This document shows, in pieces, positions 19,806 to 28,758 of a DNA stretch of 64,000 bases. Every line of letters begins with the position of its first letter. The stretch's first letter is position 1. The notes under the pieces were generated by a model. It was not told where the DNA came from, did no database searches, and worked only from the letters and a program-made list of their open reading frames with translations. Made by a program: the position numbers and the translations under genes. The stretch comes from an uncultured Chloroflexia bacterium (GTDB taxonomy: Bacteria; Chloroflexota; Limnocylindria; Limnocylindrales; CSP1-4), in assembly GCA_963768655.1 (NCBI GenBank), contig CAVYIM010000003.1, positions 736,001 to 800,000 on the forward strand. Reading direction: 5' to 3'.

Positions 19806-21079
19806 CGGTCCGGAGTCCCCGAGGTCCGCCCGAAGATGCGCGGAATCCTGATCCTGGCGGGCCGGGGCAGCAGCGTGTCGATGGCGTCGTCGACGGTCAC
19901 GATGCCTTCGAGGTGGCCATCGTCGTCAACGACCGGCACCGCCAAAAGGTTGTAGCGGGCCACGACCTCGGTGACCTCTTCCTGACCGGCGTCGGTCTTG
20001 ACCGCGACAGGCTCGGCGTACATGAAGGTGGAGATGCGCGTGCTCGGCTTGGCGACGATCAGGTCTCGCAACGACAGGACGCCGACCAGCTTGCCGGCCT
20101 CGTCGGTCACGTACACGTAGTAGATCGTCTCGGCGTTGGGCTCGAGCTCTCGCAGGCGGTCGATCGTCTGGGCCGCCGTCAGGCTGGCCGGCACGGCCAC
20201 GAACTCGGTCGTCATGATGCCGCCGGCCGTGTCCTCCGCGTAGGTCATGAGCTCCTGGACTTCCTGCGCCTCGTCCTTCTCCATCAGGCCGAGGATCTCC
20301 TCGCGGCTCTCGTCCGACAGGTCGGCCACGAGGTCCGCCGCCTCGTCCGGATCCATCTCCTCCAGGATGTCGGCGGCGCGGGCGGGCTCCAGGTCCTCCA
20401 GGATGTCCACCTGAGTCTCGGGTTCCATCTCGCCGATGGCATCGGCTGCCGCCTCGTCGTCCAGGGACGAGATCACGCCGACTCGGTCGTTGCGGCTGAG
20501 CTGGTCGATGATCGTCGCCAGGTCCGCCGGGTGGAGCTCCGCCAGGCCCTTGTGGGGGACTCGCAGCTTGACGCTGGCGATCGTTCGCTCCACCGGATCG
20601 ACGTCCTCCCAGTCGATGTACCGCTCGGGGACTTCGCGGTGTAGACCGCGGGCGAGCGTCCGCCATGGCCCCTCGATGCCGAGCCGGCGAAGCAGGCCGG
20701 ACGCGCCGACGTCCACGGCGACCAGATGCAGCGCGCCTTCGACCTCGTCGAGCCGGAGGTCGTTGACGCGGACTACCTTGCGGCCGTCGATGTCGACGAT
20801 CTGGCGGTCCATCAGATCACGCTTGAGGCGAATCTCGTTGGGCCGCTGGTGGAACTTGCTGATGTCGATCGCGGTCGTCTGCAACGTGGCGCCGGTTGAG
20901 TCCAGCGACGCCACCGACTGCCACGCAAGGAAGATCTCCCGGCCGTTGGTCCTGACGACTATGCCGGTCACGGGCGGATACCGATCGCCGATGGCGACGA
21001 TGAGGTCGGCGACGGTTCCGATCGGCTCGCCCAGCTTGTCACGCACAGGCCGGCCGATCGCCTGGCTCAGATAGAGCAT
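19802..21079 (-). CDS. MgtE cytosolic-domain protein (PRC-like barrels + MgtE_N + CBS pair), no TM domain
   Basis: LHPADLA, acidic repeats (EMDPDEAADL), TAGGIMTTEF, YYVYV, GIVTVDD, then ends. Confidence 0.9.
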   Translation of the reverse strand: MLYLSQAIGRPVRDKLGEPIGTVADLIVAIGDRYPPVTGIVVRTNGREIFLAWQSVASLDSTGATLQTTAIDISKFHQRPNEIRLKRDLMDRQIVDIDGRKVVRVNDLRLDEVEGALHLVAVDVGASGLLRRLGIEGPWRTLARGLHREVPERYIDWEDVDPVERTIASVKLRVPHKGLAELHPADLATIIDQLSRNDRVGVISSLDDEAAADAIGEMEPETQVDILEDLEPARAADILEEMDPDEAADLVADLSDESREEILGLMEKDEAQEVQELMTYAEDTAGGIMTTEFVAVPASLTAAQTIDRLRELEPNAETIYYVYVTDEAGKLVGVLSLRDLIVAKPSTRISTFMYAEPVAVKTDAGQEEVTEVVARYNLLAVPVVDDDGHLEGIVTVDDAIDTLLPRPARIRIPRIFGRTSGTPDR

Positions 21080-21081
21080 GT

Positions 21082-21300
21082 GCCACCTCGACGGCGGGTC
21101 TGCGGACGGGGCCCGACCCGCCCGAGGTGGCGCGCGCCGCAATGGGCGCGAACCGCTTAGAGGGCGAAGCGGACCAGAGAGCGAATGTCGGCGCCCCGGG
21201 CGCCGCAGGTACTGGGTCCGGTCTCCACTGAGGGAGAGATCCTCCGAAAGCGTGTTGGAACGGGCCGTAAGGCGCGGTTACATGCGCCTTCGACCACGTC
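21082..21300 (-). promoter_or_regulatory. Structured 5' leader of the MgtE-N/NRAMP operon with SD-sequestering hairpin and 23-aa uORF
   Basis: Stem GCCACCTCG-GGCGGGTC / GACCCGCC-(GT)-CGAGGTGGC (21082-21131) covers SD GAGGTGG; uORF 21228-21157; 5' hairpin 21269-21290. Confidence 0.65.
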
Positions 21301-21302
21301 GG

Positions 21303-21332
21303 AGTTTAGCCCCGGGTATGGGCGAGGGTCAA
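21303..21332 (-). promoter_or_regulatory. Sigma70-type promoter for the Mg-transporter operon
   Basis: TTGACC-18 nt-TAAACT on minus strand. Confidence 0.65.
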
Positions 21333-21384
21333 CGCGAACCGCGTCCGGAGATGGTGAACGTAAGTACGATTGCCGCGGGCCCGG

Positions 21385-22866
21385 ATGTACCCGCACCATG
21401 AGAGGGTGCGAGACGTCCGTTTACGCGACGCTTTCAATGTGGGCTCGTGGCTCCGCTTTCGGGGGGACGGCAGTTCGCCCGGATTCGACACGCAATCGAT
21501 CTCGCTGACGTGGACGTTGCTCTCCGTCGCGATAGCGCTCCTTCTCGGGCAGGCGTTGGTCGGTTTCGTGGTGGGCCGAAACAGCCTCGCCGATCTCGCC
21601 CTGGCGATCGCGACCGCGCTGCTGGTGGCCTCGGCCGTTCTGAATGCCCGCGCCTCGGGCATTCGCGCGGAGAGACGCCACTCCGAGTCCGAGAGCTTCG
21701 GCCGGCTCCTCCAGGCTCTGTCGCGATCCGTGTCGCCGAACGCGGTCATCGAGGCCATCGTGCATGAGCTCGGCACGGCGACGCGGGCGGACCACGTGGC
21801 GGTCGTGCAGAAGCGGCCCGGCGGCACCGTCCTCGACGTGAGTTTCGTGTCGATGCTGCCGGGATCGCCGGCCTCGAACACCGTCATGCCCGTTGGGCAG
21901 CTGGCGCCCGTCGAGACGCGAAAGCTGCGCATCGCGCCGCGGCCGGCGAGCGGTTCGGCTCCCGACGCCGGCGGATCGGGCGGTTGGAACGAAGAGGCGG
22001 ACGACGCGTCGGCGCGCGGGCGCTCTCTGCACTGGCAGTCCCAGGCCGAGCGGCGTCCGACCGACGACGGCCTCCGGAGACGCGGCTGGCGGCCGCCGGA
22101 GTTCATCGCTCCCGTCCAGGAGGATGGAGTGAACGCCCGCGACGTGGCCAACCAGATCGCCCACCGATTGCGGGATGCGTACGGCCTTCGGAATACTCTG
22201 GCCGCGCCTCTGCTGGAAGGCGATTCGATCGTCGGGGCGATCGTCCTTTCGCGCCGCACCAGCGAGCCGTGGACGGACTCTTCGGTCCGGCTGCTGAACA
22301 GCGCGGCCGGCGAGACGACGGCGGCGCTGGCCAGGGTCTACTCGCACCAGGCCGCCGAGGCGGAGGCGCGCACCGACCAGCTGACGCAGCTGCCGAACCG
22401 GCGCTACTTCGACGAGTACTGCACGCTCGTAGCCAGCCGCCGGCGGGCCACCGACCGGGTCGCGATTCTGGCCGTCGACGTCGACCACTTCAAGCGCGTC
22501 AACGACATGTACGGGCACCAGATCGGCGACCAGGTCCTGCGAGCCATCGGCGACGCGATTCAGGCGTCGGTCCGCGGCGAGGATCTGCCGGCCCGCTATG
22601 GCGGCGAGGAGTTCATGGTCCTGCTGCGGAACCCGAGCGCCGGCGTGGCCCTGGAGATCGGCGAGCGGATACGCACCACGGTACGGGAGCTGGACCTCGT
22701 CGACGCGGGCGTGACGGATCGCGTAACGGTTTCGCTGGGAGTGGCGTCCGGGCTCGCCAGCGACGAGTCGATCTCGGAGATCGTGGAGCGGGCGGACCGG
22801 GCGCTCTACGCGGCCAAGCGCACGGGCCGCGACCGGGTTGTGGAGGCCTGGCCTTCGGAGGGGTGA
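21385..22866 (+). CDS. Membrane GAF-GGDEF diguanylate cyclase
   Basis: 2 TM, GAF-like region, DQLTQLPNRR, DVDHFKRVND, RGED (RxxD I-site) then GGEEF; start uncertain. Confidence 0.92.
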   Translation: MYPHHERVRDVRLRDAFNVGSWLRFRGDGSSPGFDTQSISLTWTLLSVAIALLLGQALVGFVVGRNSLADLALAIATALLVASAVLNARASGIRAERRHSESESFGRLLQALSRSVSPNAVIEAIVHELGTATRADHVAVVQKRPGGTVLDVSFVSMLPGSPASNTVMPVGQLAPVETRKLRIAPRPASGSAPDAGGSGGWNEEADDASARGRSLHWQSQAERRPTDDGLRRRGWRPPEFIAPVQEDGVNARDVANQIAHRLRDAYGLRNTLAAPLLEGDSIVGAIVLSRRTSEPWTDSSVRLLNSAAGETTAALARVYSHQAAEAEARTDQLTQLPNRRYFDEYCTLVASRRRATDRVAILAVDVDHFKRVNDMYGHQIGDQVLRAIGDAIQASVRGEDLPARYGGEEFMVLLRNPSAGVALEIGERIRTTVRELDLVDAGVTDRVTVSLGVASGLASDESISEIVERADRALYAAKRTGRDRVVEAWPSEG

Positions 22867-22894
22867 CGCCGCCGGCTGGGGCTACCATTCGGGC

Positions 22895-24788
22895 GTGGAG
22901 CCTTCGCCCTCAGCCGAGCCTTCGCCCTCAGCCGAGCCTTCGGCCAGGGTCGAGCTTTCGCCGGCCGCCCTTTCGAACGGCGAGCTGGCGCGCATCTTCC
23001 ATGAGATCGGCGACATGCTCGAAGTCAAGGGCGAGCTCGTCTTCAAGACCGTGGCCTACCACAAGGCAGCCGACGCGATCGCGCATTCGCCCGTGGAGGT
23101 TTCGCGCGCCTACCTGGACGGCCGGCCGCCGCGGATCCCGGGCGTCGGTGAGGCGATCGCGAAGAAGATCGAAGAGCTGGCCCGAACCGGCCACCTGGCT
23201 TTCTACGAGCGGTTGCGCGAGGAGGTGCCGCCCAGTCTGGTGGCGTTGCTGGAGATCCCCGGTGTCGGGCCGCGGACGGTCAAGCAGCTGCACGAGGAGC
23301 TGGCCGTCGAGACGCTGGACGATCTCCGGCGGGCGGCGGAGGCAGGCGCCCTGCGGTCGCTCAAGGGCATGTCGGCCAAGACGGAGGAACAGATCCTGGC
23401 CGGCATCGCGGCCCTGGAGACGCGCCAGGAACGGATGCGTCTGGGCCAGGCCGAGGCAATAGTCGAGACTCTTCTGGCCGAGCTCTCCGATGTACCGGGG
23501 TTGCGCTCGCTGACGCCGGCGGGGTCCTTCCGCCGCCGCCGCGAGACGATCGGCGACCTCGACCTACTGGCGGAGACCGATCGACCGGCCGAGCTGGTGG
23601 AGCGGTTCACCACTCTCGGATCGGTCGAGTCGGTGCTGGCCAAGGGGCCGCACAAGGCCGCCGTTCGTCTGCTGCGTGGGCCCCAGGTGGATCTGATGAT
23701 CATGCCGCCCGGGGAGGCGGGCACGTACCTGATCCACTTCACCGGGTCGAAGGAACACAACGTCCGGCTGCGCGGGATGGCCCGCGACCGCGGCTGGAGC
23801 CTCTCAGAGAAAGGCTATCTGCGGCTCAATGAGGAGGGCGAGCCGGCGCTGGGGGAGTCCGGCGAGGCGGCCGAGCTCCGAACCTTCCCGACCGAGGCGG
23901 ACGCCTACGGCTTCCTCGGCCTGCCTTTCATCGAGCCCGAACTGCGCGAGGATCGAGGCGAGATCGAGGCGGCGATCGCGGGGACGCTGCCCGTGCTCGT
24001 GGCCCGTACCGACCTGCGCGGCGATTGCCACAGCCACTCCGACTGGTCGGACGGAGTGCACTCGATAGAGCAGATGGCGCTGGCGGCGCGGCGGCGCGGC
24101 TACTCCTACCTGGCCCTCACCGACCACACCGTCAGCCTGGCGATCGCCCGCGGGCTGGATCTCGAGCGGGTGGAGCGGCAGCGCCGGATCGTGGCGGCCC
24201 TGAACGAGCGGTTCGCCCGCGAGGAGGCCGACGGCACGGCTCCACCGGAGACGTCGACTGAGGGCTTCCGGCTGCTGCACGGCTGCGAGCTCGAGGTCCG
24301 CGCCGACGCCACGCTCGACTACCCGGACGAGCTGCTGGCTCGCTACGACCTGGTCGTCGCCTCGGTCCACGTCGCCCGGCGTCAGACGCGCCAGCAACTG
24401 ACGGCTCGAACCCTCGCCGCCATCGGCAACCCCAACGTCGACATCATCGCCCACCCGGCCGGGCGCTACATCGGCAGCCGCGACGACCTCGATCTCGACT
24501 GGGACGCCGTCTTCGCCGAGGCCGCCCGGACCGGCACCGCACTCGAGCTGAACGGCTCGGACGAACGGCTGGATCTCTCGGACGTTCGAGCCCGGCGAGC
24601 TGCCGAGTTCGGGTGCGTCTTCGTGGTCGAATTCAGACGCTCACCGCACCGAGGAGCTGGACAACCTTCGTTGGGGCACCGCCATGGCCCGCCGAGCCTG
24701 GCTCGGGCCCGATCGGGTGATGAACACCCGCTCCCGCGCTGAGCTTCTGGACTGGGCCGCCGCGAAGCCGGGGCGGCTGCATCCATGA
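22895..24788 (+). CDS. polX: DNA polymerase X / PHP 3'-5' exonuclease; +1 frameshift near 24630
   Basis: HhH GVG motifs, GSFRR, GDLDLL, QVDL, FTGSKEHN; PHP HSHSDWSDG, TDH, AHP. Removing one base restores VDSDAH...WG..MARR and a stop at 24788 that overlaps the next ATG (ATGA). Confidence 0.93.
22898..22942 (+). repeat. 18-bp tandem repeat x2.5 (EPSPSA) at the PolX N-terminus
   Basis: gagccttcgccctcagcc repeated. Confidence 0.9.
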
Positions 24789-25675
24789 CCGCGGCGACGG
24801 CCCGTCCTGGGCTCGGCTCGGAGACCCGCTCCGCGCCGCTGATCCAGTCGGTCACGTACCATGCCCAGATGCAGCAACGCAACGGAGCCCGCGAGCTCGG
24901 GCTGGTCGTGGCCATGCTGGCGGCCTTCAGCCGGTTCGTCACGGATGCGCCGCTGTGGCTGGCGACCGGTCTGGTGGCGCTCGCGGCAGCCGCCGGTACT
25001 GCGAGCCTCCTCGGCGAGGTGCGGCCGTGGCGCTGGCCGCTGGATCGCATCTCGCTCCCGGCCACGGCAGCGTTCGTGTCGGTGGGGGCGGCCCGCCTCG
25101 GCGACCCTGTGCCGTGGCTGGCCGTCGCCTTCGCCGGCTCGTGGGCGCTCACGTGGTGGGTCGTCTCGATCGAGACGGCATCGGGCACGGCAGGCGGAGA
25201 GCCCGGTTCGGTCGCGCCCGACGGCACTCACGCTCGGCCGACTGCCGCGCGTCTCGGTGCCTTCGGGCTGGCGTTTCTTGGTTACGCCGCCATCGGCGGC
25301 ATCGTCCCTGGGGCCGTAGCCGAGCACGGACACCCGCTCTCGATCGCTGCGTTCCTGGCCACCATCGTGCTGGACGTGGCGATCGGAGGTCTCGCCGGCT
25401 ACCGTATCGCGGCCGTGCGGCCCCACACGCCGGGCGAAGTCGCCGTGGCCTTCTACCAGTACTCGATGGTCGTGGCTCCGGTCGGCGTCCTGGTCCGGGT
25501 GCTCGCGCTGCCGCGGCTCTTCGGCCCCGCGGTGCTGACGCTGGCCACGTATGTCGTGACGTCGCTGCGCGAGTCGGACGAGCCCGTCCGCTTCAATGCC
25601 CGACTCCTCGAGGAGACGGGAGTGCTCATCCTCGCCGGCGCGGCGGTGGTGGCCCTCGGCCTGCTCGTGAAGTAG
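24785..25675 (+). CDS. Hypothetical polytopic membrane protein
   Basis: About 9 hydrophobic helices; ATGA overlap with corrected polX stop. Confidence 0.75.
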   Translation: MTAATARPGLGSETRSAPLIQSVTYHAQMQQRNGARELGLVVAMLAAFSRFVTDAPLWLATGLVALAAAAGTASLLGEVRPWRWPLDRISLPATAAFVSVGAARLGDPVPWLAVAFAGSWALTWWVVSIETASGTAGGEPGSVAPDGTHARPTAARLGAFGLAFLGYAAIGGIVPGAVAEHGHPLSIAAFLATIVLDVAIGGLAGYRIAAVRPHTPGEVAVAFYQYSMVVAPVGVLVRVLALPRLFGPAVLTLATYVVTSLRESDEPVRFNARLLEETGVLILAGAAVVALGLLVK

Positions 25676-25775
25676 GAGCGCGGGCAGGCGGGCGAGTGGC
25701 CGCCGGGGGCGGACGGTGTATCGGCGACCCGGCCGGCAACGTCACGCCAGGGGACGGCGAGCAGAGTGTCGGAAC

Positions 25776-27041
25776 CTACGGCTGGAAGATCTCGGCGGAG
25801 GCAACTGCCCAGGGGTCCTCGTTGGGGCCACCTCCGGCGATCAGGATCCGGCCATCGGCCAGAGTGGTGGCAGTGTGGCCCTGGCGGGCTGTGAACATTG
25901 GGCCAATGGCCGCAAAGGTTCCCGTGGCCGGGCTGAACAGCTCGGCCGAGCTGAGCGCCGCAGATGCGTCCATTCCACCCGCAACGAGGACCAGGCCGGT
26001 GGCCAGGAGGTTGGCCGTGTGGCCGATGCGGGCGCTCGTCATCGCACCTGTGGGGCTGAAAGTACCAGTGCGTGGGTCGTACAACTCCGCGCTGGAGAAT
26101 GGATTACCAAAATCCGAGCCGCCGGCAATCAGAACGCGGCCGTCGGCGAGCAGAGTTGCCGTATGGGCGTAGCGACCCCTGCTCATCGAGCCGGTCGGAG
26201 AGAACCTGCCAGTTCGAGGGTCGTACAACTCGGCAGTAGACGTGACCGACAGCCCGCCCTCGTCGCCTCCAGCAATCAGGACGCGGCTGTCGGCCAGAAG
26301 AGTGGCGGTTTGACCCTCGCGCGCCAGATTCATTGATCCCGTGCGGGTGAACCTGCCGCTCGTCGGGTCATAGATCTCGGCGGAGGCGACTGGAACCCCG
26401 CCATTCTGGCCACCCGTTATGAGGACGCGGCCGTCTGCAAGCAGAGTGGCCGTTTGGTTGTCTCGAGACTCGTGCATAGATCCGGTCCTGGTGAACCTGC
26501 CGGTCTGGGGGTCATACAGTTCAGCCGTGGCGATCTCCGCCAGACCCGTGCAGACGCCGCAGCTCCCAGAGTAGGTCGCGAAGCCAACTCCGCCTGTGAC
26601 GAGCACGCGACCGTCGAGGAGCAGGGTCGCTGTGTGGTTCTCGCGAGCGTCGTGGAGCGAACCGGTCGAGGTGAAGGTGCCTGTCTTTGGGTCGTACAGC
26701 TCGGCGGAGGCGAGGGGCTGCGGGTAACTGTCACCTCCTGCGCCGCCGCCGACTATGAGCACGCGGCCGTCGGACAGCAGTGTGGCGGTTTGCTCGACCC
26801 TGGCCGTCGTCATCGAGCCTGTCGCCGTGAATGTGGGTGGCGGAGTCTGTATGGCGCTCGGAGAGGGCGTCAGGGTCGGGGCGGGCGTCGGACTCGAACT
26901 CGGACGCGGCGATTGAATAGGAGTGGCGCTCTGTGTCGGCGATCCAGTGGCTGAGCCTGCTGAACAGCCGGCCATCAGGAGGATCAGTAGCACGGCTAGC
27001 CCCGAACCGACACGTGGCCTACCCTGCACCACCGAGGTCAT
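25776..27041 (-). CDS. Kelch-repeat (7-blade beta-propeller) lipoprotein
   Basis: Lipobox LMAGC, P/S/T linker, seven G[S/A/P]xxxAR..[H/Q]TA.LL.DGRVL..GG-type repeats; SD GGGGAG. Confidence 0.92.
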   Translation of the reverse strand: MTSVVQGRPRVGSGLAVLLILLMAGCSAGSATGSPTQSATPIQSPRPSSSPTPAPTLTPSPSAIQTPPPTFTATGSMTTARVEQTATLLSDGRVLIVGGGAGGDSYPQPLASAELYDPKTGTFTSTGSLHDARENHTATLLLDGRVLVTGGVGFATYSGSCGVCTGLAEIATAELYDPQTGRFTRTGSMHESRDNQTATLLADGRVLITGGQNGGVPVASAEIYDPTSGRFTRTGSMNLAREGQTATLLADSRVLIAGGDEGGLSVTSTAELYDPRTGRFSPTGSMSRGRYAHTATLLADGRVLIAGGSDFGNPFSSAELYDPRTGTFSPTGAMTSARIGHTANLLATGLVLVAGGMDASAALSSAELFSPATGTFAAIGPMFTARQGHTATTLADGRILIAGGGPNEDPWAVASAEIFQP

Positions 27042-27237
27042 CCGCGACTCCCCGTCAGATGCGACGGCGCCAAGCGTCGCCCTGGCGCTCAGTATGGCCC
27101 TTGCTCGCAATGCGACTGTGGCGCCAAACGTACGGAGATCGCGGCCGACCGGCTGGCAGTATCGGCGGTGGCGGGGGCGTCACTCCCCTGCGCTACTCCC
27201 CGTGCGGGGCGGGCCCGCGGCGTCGATACTGCTCGCC

Positions 27238-28023
27238 ATGATCCGACGCGTGACCGCCACCCGCTACGTGACGCCGCTGCGCGAGGGTGGCTCTCTGCCC
27301 GCGATCGTCGAGGCCGACGACGACGGCCTGTACGTGGCCAAGTTCCGTGGCGCCGGCCATGGTGAGAAGGCGCTCGTCGCGGAGCTGGTCGCGGGCGAGA
27401 TCGGACGCGCCTTGGGCCTGCTCGTGCCGGAGATCGTGCTCGTGGACTTTGACGCCCGCCTGGCGGCCGCCGAGCCCGACGCGGAGATCCGGGAACTGCT
27501 CCAGCGGAGCAGCGGCCTCAACGTAGGGTTGGACTTCCTCCCGGGCGCGCTGGGGTTCGATCCGGCCGCCGGCTTCCGGCCCCCGCCCGACCTTTCCGCA
27601 GACGTCGTCTGGTTCGACGCTTTCGTAACCAACGTCGACCGCGACGCCCGGAACACGAACATGCTCGTGTGGCACAAGCGGCTGTGGTTGATCGACCATG
27701 GCTCGGCGCTGTACATCCACCACAGCTGGCGCGATCCGGCCGGCCACGCCCGCCGGCCGATGGCCGAGATCGCGAGGAACGTGCTCCTGCCGTATTCGAG
27801 CTCGATCCTCGAGGCAGACGAACGGCTGGCGTCGAAGCTCACGCCCGAGCTTCTGGCCGAGATAGTCGCGGCGGTGCCCGACGACTGGCTGCCGCCCGAT
27901 CCCGCCAGGCCCGAGCTGGCCACCGCGGCGGCACATCGGGCCGCGTACCGAGACTATCTGGAGCGTCGGATCGCCGCGCCGCGGGCGTTCGCGCAGGAGG
28001 CGGAACGTGCCCGCGTCGCGTAG
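27238..28023 (+). CDS. HipA-like (PI3K-fold) Ser/Thr kinase
   Basis: LREGGSLP Gly loop, KFRGAG, NVDR..RNTN, LIDHG. Confidence 0.85.
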   Translation: MIRRVTATRYVTPLREGGSLPAIVEADDDGLYVAKFRGAGHGEKALVAELVAGEIGRALGLLVPEIVLVDFDARLAAAEPDAEIRELLQRSSGLNVGLDFLPGALGFDPAAGFRPPPDLSADVVWFDAFVTNVDRDARNTNMLVWHKRLWLIDHGSALYIHHSWRDPAGHARRPMAEIARNVLLPYSSSILEADERLASKLTPELLAEIVAAVPDDWLPPDPARPELATAAAHRAAYRDYLERRIAAPRAFAQEAERARVA

Positions 28024-28408
28024 TCCCTTCGCGTACACCGTGCTTCGGGCCGTGCCGCACGTGGACCGGGGCGAGTTCATCAACGTCGGCGTCGTCCTGT
28101 TCTGTCGAGAGAAGAGGTTCCTGGGGGCGCGGATCGGGCTGGATCAGGCGCGCCTCGCGGCGCTCGAGCCCGACTGCGACGCGGCCGCGATCCGGACCCA
28201 GCTCGAAGCCGTCGTTCGAGTGGCCGAAGGCGACGCGGACGCCGGCCCGATCGCCCGCCTCTCCCAGTCCCAGCGATTCCACTGGATCTCCTCACCGCAC
28301 AGTACGGTCGTCCAGCGTTCGGAAGCCCACACGGGCTTGACCGACGATCCGGCGGCCACGCTCGAACACCTCTTCCGGACCCTGGTCGCTGCACCGGGAT
28401 CGACCTGA
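28007..28408 (+). CDS. DUF3037 domain protein
   Basis: Y.VLR.VP...RGEFINVGV and RFHW...P.STVVQ.S..HTG; SD GGAGG; overlaps kinase 3' end. Confidence 0.88.
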   Translation: MPASRSPFAYTVLRAVPHVDRGEFINVGVVLFCREKRFLGARIGLDQARLAALEPDCDAAAIRTQLEAVVRVAEGDADAGPIARLSQSQRFHWISSPHSTVVQRSEAHTGLTDDPAATLEHLFRTLVAAPGST

Positions 28409-28592
28409 TCGCGGGCGCCCCCGGCCGGGGCCTGGCGCACCGCGCCGCTTCTTGCCGATTTCACATCACGACGACATCGGGCCGCCGACCACGGCCTTGC
28501 CGCATGTCGCCCTGGAGCTTGAATCAGGGAACCCTCGACGCGAACCCTGCCGCCGCGAACCTGCCCCGCCTCACGTTCGCGCTCGCCCCGCG

Positions 28593-28621
28593 TTGACAGT
28601 GTTCGCGGGGGATGCTAGAAA
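28593..28621 (+). promoter_or_regulatory. Sigma70-type promoter of the TPR gene
   Basis: TTGACA-17 nt-TAGAAA with TG extension. Confidence 0.65.
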
Positions 28622-28758
28622 GCATGGTCCGGGCGGGTTCGCTCCCGTCGGAATTGGCGTGCCTCCAGCGAGGCGGCAACCCGTCGTCTCGCAGCCCATC
28701 GCAGCACGGCTCATCGCCGCGCGTCGGTCCGGCGCAGTTGACGAAAGGAACCTCATCC

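Noticed and set aside
17043-19955. 970-aa + strand ORF and similar long shadow ORFs (e.g. 10847-12922, 40588-42687)
   Set aside because: Antisense or off-frame to well-supported genes; expected from stop-codon scarcity in high-GC DNA; no motifs
28458-28525. Weak inverted repeat (CGACAT...ATGTCG) after DUF3037
   Set aside because: Too short and degenerate to call a REP or terminator
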